Shown in pieces: positions 10,175-24,759 of a DNA stretch of 64,000 nucleotides (its first letter is position 1; every line of letters starts with the position of its first letter). The notes beneath the pieces are model-generated. The model was not told the origin of the DNA. It did not search any database and was given only the letters and a program-made list of their open reading frames with translations. This DNA comes from Eledone cirrhosa. Its lineage: Eukaryota. The DNA lies in assembly GCA_964016885.1 (NCBI GenBank), contig OZ024741.1, forward strand, positions 365,800,001-365,864,000. The letters are read 5' to 3'. Made by a program: the position numbers and the translations under genes.

Positions 10175-10559
10175 ATCCCAAATGAACCATCTCGTCAGGA
10201 TGTTTAAAAATTAGTATTGAATAACATGTACATATACAACGAAGAGCACTCACAACGAAAATATGAACTACAGAGTAAAGTAATGTGATATACCATCAAA
10301 TGTGTCTTCACCACTAAAATTAAGTTATCCTCTATATTTCATGCACATTCGACACCAATTTATATGTACAAAGTATACATTGCTCCCAATAAATAATGTG
10401 ATTTTATTTCTATGGCAGCCTCTCTGTACGTAGCTGATAAGTGTTATAGAATGTATCGAGAATGGGATGTGGTCCATGAATTAATACCCGATAAATAATA
10501 ACGAAAGACATCTACAATATGTCTCTAAAGTAATTTACCAAGGAAAAGAAAGTTTGGAG

Positions 10560-10880
10560 GGTAACAAAGCGTCTGAGAAACGAGTCTCGAGGGATAAAAA
10601 GAAAAGCAGCAGTTGAAAAGCATTGTATGGGAAATTTTTGCAACAACAACAAAAAAAGACGTAGGAAATAAAGACTGAAAGTTCTTGGGGTTGGCTCTTC
10701 CTCAGGGATCTAAAAATGGAAATTGAAGTACTGCTGATCTCAGCTTAAAAGTAGGCTTTGGATGCTAAGTCTTGATGAAAGAGTGGAGTGGCATCGTTGT
10801 GAAATTAATAGACGCATCAATCACATAGAGACACTTGCGAAATTCTAACTCAAATAAAAGAAGACATGACAAAATTTAAC
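10560..10880 (+). pseudogene. Highly decayed R4/Dong-like non-LTR fragment (post-RT zinc-finger region)
   Basis: Broken motifs read across frames: KALYGKF, SWGWL, DLK.E.E, QAL-like, INHI, RRHD. Confidence 0.45.
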
Positions 10881-11165
10881 GTTTTGTCTTTGCGTGCAAT
10901 TGTTCTCCACGCTCCACATATGACGTATTATTTTCGTTTTTTCCGTTCATTTCCAAAGAACGTCTCTATGAACCACCTAAGAGAACATTAGTCTACGACT
11001 TCTTTTATACCATAAACGTGGTTCTGTCTTTGCGCGTAATTGTTTTTCACCGCTCCTATTAATGACGTATTATATTCGTTTTTAGTTGCGAACCAAAGTA
11101 TCGTCTTCCTGTCTTGCAACGTTTTTTGAAATATCCACTTCTGCGTTTACAGATTGACTTTGTTA

Positions 11166-11214
11166 GTTTCAGAAGATCCCGTTAAGGGTGAAAGCAGCGA
11201 TTCTTTGCTTAAGC
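11166..11214 (+). ncRNA. Degenerate type-I hammerhead-like motif (core CAGAAGA)
   Basis: gttt CAGAAGA tccc gttaa gggt GAAA gca...tgc TT aagc: stems I-III can form, but U4 is replaced by A. Confidence 0.45.
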
Positions 11215-11233
11215 TTTTTAATCTGTTATTTTA

Positions 11234-11288
<55 letters not shown>

Positions 11289-11433
11289 ATATTGATATAT
11301 CTAACTGTCGAAACTGCCGGAGCTCAGGCGTCGGGGTCCTGCCTCTTTTCCTATATATGTATATGAGCTCCGGCCGTTTCGATAGCGAGATATATATATT
11401 ATATATATATGTATATATATATTTATATATTTA

Positions 11434-11512
<79 letters not shown>

Positions 11513-11658
11513 TTATATTTAGGGAAAGTCATTTTATTATAATATTGTCAGAAATAATAATAAAACACACTCACTGTTTTGTTTGGATTGATTTTCACTT
11601 CTGTATATTTTATATCCCTATAGATAATTTAGCTGGCAATGAATGTTTATCATTCATT

Positions 11659-12100
11659 AAACTCAGACCGTAAAGGGGCGTAACTCTATGTTGCAAAGCA
11701 TGGCGTCCGACCTTCTACCGATACTGCCAATCCACCACCCCCGCACCCATAAATAATAATTGTTTCTACTATTGGCACAAGGCCAGCAATTAACCAGTAC
11801 ATTACTGGTACTTTATTTGATCGACCCCGATGAAAGGCAAAGTTAACCTCGGTGGGATTTGAACTCAGAATGGCAAGGGCCGTAACTCTATGCGTCAAAT
11901 CATGGTGTCCGACCCTCTACCGATACTGCCAATTCACCGCACAAATAATAATGATTTTTCATTTAGACAACAGCCAACAATTTAAGAGGTGGGAAATTCG
12001 TGTAAATCGACCCCAGTGCGTCACTGGTACTTCATGTTATCGACCTCACCAGGATGAGTATCAAAGCTAACTTCGGTGGGATTTGAACTCAGAACGTAAA
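11659..12100 (-). mobile_element. Cluster of tRNA-derived SINEs (partial head 11659-11738, full copy 11752-11940, diverged copy ~11960-12100)
   Basis: Reverse complement of the SINE consensus with B box GAGTTCAAATCCC and central gcctttcatc...ggggtcgat...aaagtaccag. Confidence 0.85.
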
Positions 12101-12377
12101 ACTACTCAAAAAGAACATCATAAAAACAATAATAGTAGTGATTGATGTTTCAGTACAGATTACCTTATTAGGTCAATTCTCATCGATCGATATATGACCT
12201 AAATGAGAATTAATTTACGAAGGAGAAATAACATATTCTCAAAATAATATTTTTATGAAATTAATTTAGAATGTATGATGTTCAATTTATAGCTTAACGT
12301 CTTCTAATAGATAACGACAGCATCACGCCCTATGTACATATATGTACACACACAGACACATAGACACACACACACAC

Positions 12378-12415
<38 letters not shown>

Positions 12416-12420
12416 AATGT

Positions 12421-12464
<44 letters not shown>

Positions 12465-12592
12465 GATAAGTCTCAACATAAGTAGACATATATTATTGGA
12501 ATATGGATATTGGAATATGCATATACGATTCGGTACATTATTAATATTCATTCCACCTACCAAACCACCAGAAAATAATTAATCTATCTATC

Positions 12593-12705
<113 letters not shown>

Positions 12706-15700
12706 TATCTATTCTATGGACTTACTTAAGTAAACGAATTTAAATAAATAATGTCAGTATACGTAAACCTAACTTAGCCTGTAACATTATTGTCACACTA
12801 GATATAAAGTAAAATGCATCAGATCCTTCGGAACAATATTCCAAGTCATTCCCAACATATGAGCAACTAAATCTCTACAAATTACTTATATGAAGGCACG
12901 GGACTTCACCAGGCTGCACGTTCTATATGAATTCTATATAACTGAAGCGATGAACCCCTCATTATGTAATCAGCATTGTACCCATACAGCATCACATCAA
13001 CCTTTTCTAAATAAACACCAGTCACTGTATACAACATATAGTATGCCCACTCAGACCTTTTAATAACAAATGTGTTACGAACCTAGTTACAAACATTATC
13101 GTCATATATTACAAACTTCCTTGAAAAATTATTTAACTCCATTTCAGAGCCAGGCAGAAATGTGGCAGCTTGTATTTATTAAAGTCTACTGTTTTCCCGC
13201 CTCCTGCATTTTTATATAATAGTGGCGTTTCTAAAAATACATAGAATATATTTGTGTATTATTATCATGCTAAAACATCTCCACATGTGTTCTTTTCGTG
13301 TTCTTTTCAGCCGTGATCATGTCACAGCTACCTCATTAAACATGCAAGAACGCATTTCAGGAATAAATAAATTTTCATCGGTGACATTTACTCACTCGTC
13401 ACTGAGGCAATATCAGTAGCAGTTTATATAAAGATCTTTGAAAATGGAACTCTCTGGCGATGTTAGTTTGCATATAATGCGTGTGTGTGTGTATGTGTGC
13501 GTGTGTATGTGTGCGCGCGAGTGTGTGTGCATGTGTGTATGCATGTATGTATATATATACACATTATATATATGTGTGTGTGTGTGGTGTATGTGTGTGT
13601 GTATGCATATATATACATTATATATGTGTGGGGGGGGGGGGGGCAGCGTACATGCGAGTTTGTGTCATTTTTTCTCCTGCCAACCAAACATTCATATTAA
13701 ATGTAGATGTCATGTCCTCTAATCTTCACCTAGATTCAAATGTTAAGGTCATTTATTGACCTCCATTTTATTTTTAATGCAAGATGAATATTTTATTCTA
13801 TTAGCTCCTCTATCTTTCCCAGACGACTTTCGGATGTCATCTAAAATCCACACCAGACACTTATCAAATATTAACTAGAAGAAAATGTACCGCAAGATAT
13901 CCAATCTTCAACTTCCGATCTTTGAGAGGTTAGTCATAAAAGAAGTTACCCACCCTTTTAAGCTAGATAATTCGTTTTTAGCAGCAGCTCCAACACAGCA
14001 TGATTAAGAATAGCGGCATATATGAAAGCATTTACAAGACCCATCTCCATAAATGTATTATTTGTAAAAGTATATAATAGGCATCGGATAAGTGAGAAAA
14101 TACTAGTATTTGGCGTTCTCACACCTCTACTGAATTAGCTGTGAGATATTCACAGCTTGATATAACAACATCGAAACTTTATTTTATCAACGGCAAAACG
14201 ATGGAACACAATACTGGCCTCCGCGGGCTTTGAACTCAGAGCAAAGCGAGACGCAACAAACGCTGCAAGATATTCTCTCCTACGCTCCAACAACTCTCCC
14301 AATTCACCTCTTTACTAGTCCTGTGTTACATTCAACGAGCAATTTTTTAGCTCACCTTAGCCCAATAGCCTAGCTGTTATATATAATTAACTAGCGCCCT
14401 TTTAACTTACTTTATGGAACTGATGTTGTTGCTGATCAGAACAAAGTCTGCAATCTTCATTCATACAACTCTATAGTCTACCACTGATGTAATATATGAA
14501 TTTATCAACGTTCTCTTTTATAATATACCATACTCTATTTTAGGACTATGAGTGTGTATTGTATAGTTCTACGTACTCTATGTATGTGAATGCAATACAA
14601 TGCAATTGTCGCATCTGGTACGCATTTGATTCTAGATCTGCAGAGTAATGGTTAAACAACCATAATAGTCAACACCCCCCCCCCCCCCCTTGGGCATAGG
14701 GTCAGCAATTTGAAGGAAGAGGAATGTCGATTACTTCACTGGTTCATTCTTTACAGACCCTTCCTTCCTATTCACAACACTTGCTAAACAACAACGATAA
14801 CATAAATAGCAACAAAAAATATCTTAAACAAATGTAAACAACGTAATATCTTACTTGAATACAGCGCCCGAGCTTAGCCATAACTGTGATGCGTAAAACA
14901 AGTTAGAAACCATAAGCTCATAGTGGTATGAGTTTTTATGAGATGTCGAATCTCCGTTGACTCCAATTCAAATCACTTACGCTAAAGTCACATTAAGCTA
15001 ATGCCATGTTGAAAGGCTTTATCTCTTTTCTTTCTCTGAATTCTATATGATGCTTTTGATCACGCAATATACAAATGTTGAATATGTCACACATAATGCG
15101 TACAAATATATCATCTTTTTTCTTTATTAAACAAACAAAGCGAAGCCATATAAAAGTAGCTCTGTTAATTGAAAAGCCCAAGAAATGTCATATTCGTTTT
15201 CACAAAGATGCATTGTGCATGTGAATAAAAATTGTTTCTTTGTTAAAAATGGATTATAGACAACGAGACAACGTTCATGAATCATTTCATGAAAGTTGCT
15301 GACATCTTGTGTTTAAGTATAACCAACATACATCCAATATATCCATGAGCCTTGAACTTCTGAAGGATTCATAAAGCTACCATCATGGTATATGAACATA
15401 TATATCAACGACTGGCCGCACCGATTACGATACCTTGAGTGATTGGTACAAATTATTGAAGAAGATTACTATTTTCCCCACATTGTTACTTACATAAAAG
15501 GATATGTCCTATTTATATGTTTTATTGTCGGCATATTTCACAATACATGTGCTAGTCTTTTCTATTATGGATCGTATGGCATAATTTAATGCTTGCCTAC
15601 ATGTCAATAAATGAATGCTTTTTGTCCACTTTCTAATGTTTGTTCCTATTGGCCAAACTACGAGATGTAATGGGTGTTTGATGTACAACCTAGCGGTGAA

Positions 15701-15734
15701 TACTTACACATGGGTGTGCACATGTTTGAAGACG

Positions 15735-15875
15735 GCAAATTGGCAGTGTTGTTACAGTGTTAGATATAAGGATTCGCAATATTGCTTCCGGCCCCCGGTA
15801 CTCTGAGTTCAAATTCAACCGGTGTCAACTTTGTATTTCTCCTCTGTTAGGTCGATAAATAAAGTACCAGTCCAG
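15735..15875 (+). mobile_element. Diverged SINE copy
   Basis: ttggcag...ctgagttcaaattc...aactttg...gtcgataaataaagtaccag. Confidence 0.6.
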
Positions 15876-17109
15876 GCTCGAGGTCAATTCTTCCTCAATC
15901 TCCCTTTCCTAGTTCTGCTTTGTTTTCTTTTTCTGGAAATAATCGGCTGTATCCAGATATGGAGATGGATGGGCTCAACCTGAGTTGATGTACATCAGAA
16001 CGGTGCTCATACGACTTTATCAGAAAGCTCAATGCACCATAGATATATTTTCTATGGGTACTGCTTAGTTGCGAGACAGATATAATTTATCATATTTGTT
16101 ATTAGAGGCATTCTGCTCGTGAGTGTTCTGTCCTTTTCTCGGTCATTGCATATATGTACTATATGTACTATATATGTACTATATATAGGGCAGTAGTCAT
16201 GAGCTTTACCTGATACCTTAGCGGTAGGAATAGTGGTAGTTGTCTTCAAATCTGACAAGTGGCTCGAATATTCACAACAGATTTTACTTGATAAAGACAC
16301 TTAAAGACCATGATAATGGAGTTAAACCAAGTGATAGTTGATAACTATTATCCAAAAAATGGAACTATCTCTCAAAATATTATACACTTATTGTCAACAA
16401 AGGTTTACTCCAAAACATTTAGACATACATACGCACAAAGAAATTCATACATATACACATACACATACATACACACAAACAGATAAACACAAACACATAC
16501 ATGCATACATACATGCATACATACATACATACATACATACATACATACATACATACATACATACATACCTTATATACCAACCCGCTTGGATCGAAGTATG
16601 ACTGAACTTGGATTTGTTGACAAAAGAGCACAAAGAACATACTGAGCACAAAGTCTAATTCATAGACTAAAAATGGCTGCGATTGCTGGCACCTTCAAAA
16701 TTTGCAAAACATTCTTGCAAAACATTCTTGACAATTTCTTTTCTTTTACAAACTTGCCACCGGGAAGGTGGCCGGTCAAATATGTACTCGAACTTACGAG
16801 AAAGAAAAAAATACATACATGCATAAAATCATATATACATATACGCCGTATATATGTTTGTGGCATTTAAGTTGTAGATGTGTTTTATCCCATAACATAA
16901 AGACACAAGAAGATCGATAATATAAGTACCAGATTGTAAAATATAGGTACTTCTAATGATATCATCAACTCGCTCTGATCGCGCGACTAGATCCCAGATC
17001 TCATTCACTCACCGAGTTGAGCAGACCTTGTCAAATTGAACAAAGGAAACAATGTTTCCATTGGTCTTTTCATTGCTGATACTATCTACCAGTCGCAACT
17101 TCTGGCAGA

Positions 17110-17215
17110 AAGAGCAACGTGAAATAAAGTGTCTTGCTGAAGGACACTACGCATCAGCCGGTCCGAGAATTGAACTCGCAACCTCACGATTGTGAAGCGA
17201 GCTCTCTAACGTGAC
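17110..17215 (-). mobile_element. Fragment of a second (CORE-like) tRNA-derived SINE; related copy at ~39220-39330
   Basis: gagcaacgtgaaataaagtgtcttgctgaaggacac followed by a reverse-strand B-box-like motif. Confidence 0.5.
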
Positions 17216-17769
17216 TTCATCACCTAACTCCCGTAAAGGCGGTGACCCATCAGGGTGGTTGCAATTTAATGATTAGAAACAATAATATACAAATGTATAA
17301 TATTTAGTTTTGCTCCACTACGTATGACCTCAAATACCGCAGGGAGCGAGTCTTCCATCTATTCCTTTCGTGTCAAATAAATAATTTACAGTTATATATG
17401 TTGGGTTGGATTATACACATTTAATAAAAGATTTTGAAATTCTTGTTAATGGTGTAGGTGAGGAATCAATATTTTAAAATTGTTTACTATACTTTACAGC
17501 CTCTATCTAATAATTTTCTGAAATTATACTCCGCAGCTTTTGTGTAAATGATTTCTTCCATTTAGGGCTGTATTATGCTTTGGTTAATATTGATAAAACA
17601 GGTATTTCAGATTTGTGTTTGTTCTTAAATTAATAGCTTCTGTCAGGCGAACTTTTTTTTTCTAATACACCATATTTGATCTGAGATTTGTACACAAGAT
17701 TTCGATATTCTCTTTTGTTTGTTTAAACCTCGTAAATCTGCTGGCGTCTCAAAAAGTGCAGTCTTTATA

Positions 17770-18545
<776 letters not shown>

Positions 18546-19120
18546 TTACTCAGAAACAGCAAAATATTTGTTCTATCCTCTGCCCACCATACTTCACACA
18601 AAATAACGTTATCTGATCGTTTCTCGTTTCTTTGGCGCCATAATGTTCTTCTACTACAGATAATTTATATGTGACAAGAGATTCATTTATCCCTTTGATT
18701 GTTTTATTTCCTGCTGCCTGCATGTGTTGTTGTTGTCGCTGTTGATGTCGCTGTTTCTTATAGAAATTGCTAGTTTTTTTTTTTTTTACTCATATATTTT
18801 CTCGTTTGATTTCATTCTCTCCCCTTGTTCCATTTTCTTCATGTTACTTAATCGTTTTTACATACATCTACATGCTGACACTGCATTCTAGACATCTCTG
18901 TTTTCCAGTAGGTTTTTTTTTTTACTATTCCACCAAAACAGATATAAACAGACACACAAACACACAGACACACACACAAACACACACATATACACACACA
19001 CAAACACACACACACATACACCCTCCCCCACACACATATATATATACAAACTGATTTACTAGTACTGTATTTTTTCCTGACTTATTTTCTCGTCGACTTT
19101 ATATATATATACATATTTAT

Positions 19121-19185
<65 letters not shown>

Positions 19186-19201
19186 CATATACATATATAT
19201 A

Positions 19202-19257
<56 letters not shown>

Positions 19258-19502
19258 TGTGTGGTTGCAAGCAAAATTATGTCCGTGGGCGGTATGCCGG
19301 GTGAGAACTCGATGTTTGTGCAGAGCAGAGTATAATACTATAAAAATAAAGGAACAAGGATTCAGTGTTGCATCAGAGTTATTACATATGTAATATGTAA
19401 TATGTAATAACATATTACATATGCAACCCTGAAACCTTGTTCCTTTATTCTTATAGTATATATATATTTATATATATATACATATATGTGTGTGTGTGTG
19501 TA

Positions 19503-20010
19503 TACAGCTCGAAGCATAGCGGAAAGAATAGACCAACACTGGGGGGAGCTAAAGGGACAAAAAGAAAAACGGGTCGGTACTATATGAACACGCCAAACAA
19601 GGACATGATGGTAATATAGAAAACATAGAAATTAAAATAATATCTAAACATAGAAATGACTCAACAGGTAGGCAAATCAGAGAAGCAACTGAGATAGAAC
19701 TTAGAAAACCACAGTTGAACAAAAAAAATACGAATGGAATAACAACAACAACCATACCCAAACAAACAATACTGACTTAAGGGAATATAAATAAATAAAT
19801 ATATACACAAGTACAATAACAAGAAACACACTAGTGAACAAAGATAGAATACAAAAACACATACACTGAAACACGAACACACACACCAAACAGGAAACGC
19901 ATGCGCAGAGACAGAGACAAGAATAAATAAATAAATAAATAAAAAATGTCGTATGCATTACAATACAACGGGAGGAAATATAATAGTACCACTATTAGCG
20001 CATTTCATCG
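19503..20010 (+). mobile_element. Penelope-like element fragment, family 2 (GIY-YIG C-terminus and 3' region)
   Basis: TARSIAERIDQHWGELKG...NGSVLYEHAKQGHDGNIENIEIKIISKHRNDSTGRQIREATEIELRKPQLNKK, homologous to 25290..25538. Confidence 0.8.
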
Positions 20011-21712
20011 CGTTTTACCACTCTCAACCTCACACCACGGGGGTGAATAAATATTAATTGTCTGGTAACACGTGATGATACGACATATGTGGCGGATTTC
20101 CTGACTGCGCGCCGGGCAATCGGGCGTTTTAGCCTTCGTTGAGGGCTTGGAAAAATAAATTTCCCCTTCTTTCGATAAACGAAATTACTCGGTACTGGTT
20201 CCTTCGTCCCGGGGCTAGGCCGGGCTCGGCACTCGCCGCGCCGCCGGCATTGACCGCCAAATAGTACCTTTATTTTCTAGGCGTAGTCATAACCTTTAGC
20301 TGTATCATGCCTCTTCCTACTAGCACTTAACTAAACCCCTACCCTGTGTGATATAATAGCAATCGCTTGGTATATACGATGGCCAGCCGGCGATGGGGGG
20401 CTCAGCGCTGGCACAACCGACGCCTAAGACAGTTACATTCCTGGAGAGCTCGGAAAAAATAATTTCCATTTCTTTCGTTATACGATATTATCGGAATATC
20501 TGGCACGTGGGAGAGGGTGGCTAGCGCGGGACCCGCTGTCGCCGCTTGTTATTGACCGCTAGCACTAGCATATTTTTACTATATATACTGCCCTGACAAT
20601 TTATCGTGACTATACTGTATATATCACACTTAAACTTCTTCATAAAAGCCCCCTGCTGTAAATTGTCACCTTCTCTCTATATCAATTACACACACTCTCT
20701 CTTTCTCACTCTCTCTGTCAATCTCTCTGTTTTTCATTCTCCTACACTCTATCTCTCTCTGTTTTACTCTCTCTCTGTCACTCTCTATCTCTCTTTCATT
20801 CACACAGACTCTCTCCCTTTTTAGTCTCTATGTCTGTCTATGCGGATGATGTTTGTCCTTGAAAAAACATATTTCGCGGCAATATCGAGCATGCCTGACC
20901 AGCCTGATTGACGCGTGACCTCAGCGCTGATATTTCCATCTGACGGGATGGCAGTAGTACATTAAAGGCTTGCGCCCCCACACGAGATGGTAGTGTATAG
21001 ACCTAATAATTAGCACTTGAGGGCGTTCGATGCAGCTAGAAGCTGCTAAAATACCGGCCGCTCTCTTGTCTCTGATTTAAACACCATGGATTTTTATCTG
21101 CTATATTCCTTCGTTATATTTTGAGTTACCTGATGATGTCACCGGATTCATACTGAACCCAGTCATTGAAATGATCATAGTATAATAAACCTTTCAAGGA
21201 TTTACACCAGTACATACCTCCTGTTATTTTGTAATAATTAACTCCGTACTCGCACCACCAACTACACAAACGAAGACGGGTGGGTTGCATTACGTTGAGT
21301 GCTTTCCATAACATTACATCGTAGTTGACCACACAGAATGACCAGTTCTATCCAGTGGTGAACCAACAAACCCAAATAGATATATTTATTTTTATATATG
21401 AATATTGATTGTTTCTTTATCTTATTCTGTTATTTTGCCTGAGAAAATATCTGTGTCATCAAACGATGTACACATATGGATATTTTTTCAAATTCCAATT
21501 GAGTTCTAGCACGTGGCTTGAATTCCTTTTGGAATTCATTGTCCTGCGCATGTATTGTTTTTTGGCGGTAATCTCCTTCCTCTTTTTTGAGACAGTATGA
21601 GAATTTCTTTAGAACTGCTGGGCTCGCAACCTAGCAGCTACCTCAAGCACTGATGGTGATTATCGCTGAATATTGATGTTGATTTCATTATCAATATTAA
21701 TATTATTGGGCA

Positions 21713-21839
21713 CCCACTGAAGAATTATAAGAGCCCACTTGAATAAGTATCTGTTGATCTTATACAAGCTTCTACATAAATTGGTATAATTTCATCCAAC
21801 CTGTAGGAATCTTATAATGAAACGAGACGTCCGTCTGGG
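21713..21839 (+). ncRNA. Type-I hammerhead ribozyme with long loop-II insertion
   Basis: ccca CTGAAGA attataaga [~77 nt] tcttataat GAAA cg agacgtc cg TC tggg: 9-bp perfect stem II, GUC cleavage triplet, stem I ccca/tggg. Confidence 0.75.
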
Positions 21840-21934
21840 AAGAGATATATTTGATATATCTCATATGAATAATACAGCTAATGTTCCACACAATACAATT
21901 AGTTAGCACCCCGAACGTTTACTTAGGAATATAT

Positions 21935-22008
21935 TCACTTATTTCCTAATGTTTGTTGAGTGAGTTGGGATTTGGCCGGAGTATCGCTATTAGCTTCCTC
22001 CGATAATG

Positions 22009-22077
<69 letters not shown>

Positions 22078-22175
22078 TCCTTGGTGGAATCGGGATAGTC
22101 TTCATGGCAATATCGATGTCAAGATTGGTCAGCATGGGCATGGTTTCTTGGTGATGGTTAAGTAGGGCATGGTTA
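21935..22175 (-). mobile_element. Possible N-terminal fragment of a Penelope-like ORF interrupted by (TA)n
   Basis: AMKTIPIPPRKQY resembles the S.KNIPIP...Y N-terminal motif of Naiad-type PLE proteins (recalled, not searched). Confidence 0.4.
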
Positions 22176-22240
<65 letters not shown>

Positions 22241-23109
22241 CTGGCATATTATTGCATACACCATGTAATGCCAATAGTGAACACCTGAACCAGAGGTTAC
22301 AGAGGTTATATTAAAGAAGAAACGGGAGCAAATATATGAATTGAAATTGTTCTAAAGTTAATCTAATTAAAATCTTTTTAACTTCTTATAAGAGCCGCAC
22401 CCGTCTGAATTTCATTAAGGGACGAGAAATATATCTGACACCCAAAATCTTTATTGAAGCAGTCGTGCAAAATTGGGCTCAATATTATGCCAGCCCATCC
22501 TTATGCACGATATGCCATTGCACATGGGGCTGGCTGACATGAAGCCTCATACCTTCGTTTCTTCGTCCCCGTGTTATGTATGCTTCCTATCTGACTTTGC
22601 TATTCATTACTATTGTAATGCTTTGTGCTCCTTTAATTAACTGTTCACTTACTAGAGCAACAACTCTCTGATTTTCAGACCTCTAAAACCCCAAACGGTG
22701 AGTACAATAAAAAAAAAGTGCTCCAAAAGGAGGACAAATGAGACAAAAATGGTGAGATTTCACATAATGAAAGCTATACCCATTTTCACAAGAGAAGACA
22801 TCTCTCATCCACCCCAAGGGGGCGAGATTTGACAGGTCTGCATTCTTCCCTCGAACTGTCCATCTCCTCCTCTCTCTTTCTCTCATTCCCACATTTTTTC
22901 AATTTCTCTTCACTTTTTTGTCGAAGCTACATTTATATTTCCCTATTTCAACTATTACCCTTTGCACAAATTGCCGTACCTTATCCTGTCATGTTTCCCG
23001 TCGTAAAACTTTATAGTTGTATTTGCTAACGTACCTCTTTTGCTGTTCTCGCTTCTCTGTTGTCTGATATGTATTTTCAGGTGACTTATTCAAGCCCGCA
23101 CGCAACCAA

Positions 23110-23292
23110 CGATCATGGCAGTATCGGTAGAGGGTCGGACGCCATGCTTTCCAGCATAGTTACGTCTCTTTACGGTCTGAGCTCAAATCCAGCTGAGGTT
23201 AACTTTGCCTTTCATCCTTACGGGGTCGATAAAATAAAGTACCAGTAATGTACTGGGTATTTTGCTGGCCTTGCGCCAAAAGTAGAAACAAG
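23110..23292 (+). mobile_element. tRNA-derived SINE copy
   Basis: tggcagtatcggtagagggtcggacgccatgc...gcctttcatccttacggggtcgataaaataaagtaccag...agtagaaac. Confidence 0.9.
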
Positions 23293-23395
23293 TAATATAC
23301 ACTTTCAAAATTATACACGAACTTTAATTGCCCATGGGTGTGGCTGTCAAGAAATATATATGTTTTGTTTGTTCGTCACGTGTTATTTTTGGGAG

Positions 23396-23448
<53 letters not shown>

Positions 23449-23989
23449 TATATGTGTGTGTGTGTGTCTGTATGTGTGTGTGTATGTATGTGTGTGTGTG
23501 TGTGTGTGTGTGTGAGTTGTGTGTATGTGTAATTGTATGCATGCATATATATATATAAAATGCGTGCATGTATAAAAATGCGCACGTATAATTATTATTA
23601 TTATCATGTGTGTATATATACATATACATACATATATATAAAAAACACGAGAAGAAAGAAGGATACTGCATGGTTGCACATAGGTTACATATGATAAAAA
23701 TAGTCCTTCGTCAGTGATTTTCCAACCATCATTGGTATTTCATCGCATTAAAAATCATATACCTCAGGTTGGTGCGAGCAATAACTAAAAAAAGTTATTG
23801 GGACCAGTAAATCGCGTAAAGCGAGGGGGACAAGTAAACAACATAGAAGGATAAAAGCAAACCAAAGAAATAAAATAAACAAGCAACATGGTAGTCCTGG
23901 TCAGCATAAGCTGGGTGGATTTCATGAGCCAAAGGTACAAACACGTCCAGCATGAGTGGGATGTAAGCAAGAAGAGACCCACTGTGAGC

Positions 23990-24051
<62 letters not shown>

Positions 24052-24759
24052 TGAATGAAATGTATCCATACACACATAAGTGTGCATTAAAATACATCAA
24101 AACAATACATATGTTTGATTTTGTATCATTCATGACATCCATTAGTTTGAATATAATAATAATATTTCTGTTCCTTATTTGTTGAGCTGATTGATATGTC
24201 GAGAGGTTGGACTGATATTTCTAGTAGACGAGAACCCTTTCATGTTGTTGCGTGAGCTAAATTCATAGATTTATGCCATGTGAGTTTAGCCACTTTCAAC
24301 CCTGCATTGGAGAGATTAGATGATGTTGGAATCCCCTCATAGATGATCCGTTCCAAAATATCTAATTTCGCCGTTATTTGGCGAAATGTATTCTGATTTT
24401 GTGGAGAATACATATGAGGGAAATATATTGATCGTTATCAGGTATTTTGTTTTAATTTGTTATTAAATTTAATAAGATACTCAACGAATTATGTAATCTT
24501 ACATTCAGTACTGATTGTTTCTAGTTTTAAGTTTTGATGTATTTTAATGCACACTTATGTGTGTGTGGATATATTTCATTCACTTTTTTATAATGAGTAA
24601 GGCTCTATTTTATTCTCTGAATTCTATCTTGAGCTGATTTTTGAGACAAGTCATATGGTTGATTTTGTATCATTCATGACATCCCTTATTTACTTCGATG
24701 TAATAATAATAATTATATATATTAGTTTTGCGAGGTTTTTGATATGAAATCGTGTGTCG

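Noticed and set aside
13290-13419. Possible host exon after ttcttttcag
   Set aside because: No recognisable protein similarity and no linked exons; such acceptor-like motifs are common in AT-rich DNA
22415-22572. Nested short inverted repeats (gggacga/tcgtccc, gccagccc/gggctggc) as a structured RNA
   Set aside because: Stems are short, no ribozyme core is found and there is no second copy to support covariation
23700-23760. CTGACGA (minus strand) as a hammerhead core; similar case at ~10190
   Set aside because: No correctly placed GAAA, stem III or cleavage triplet
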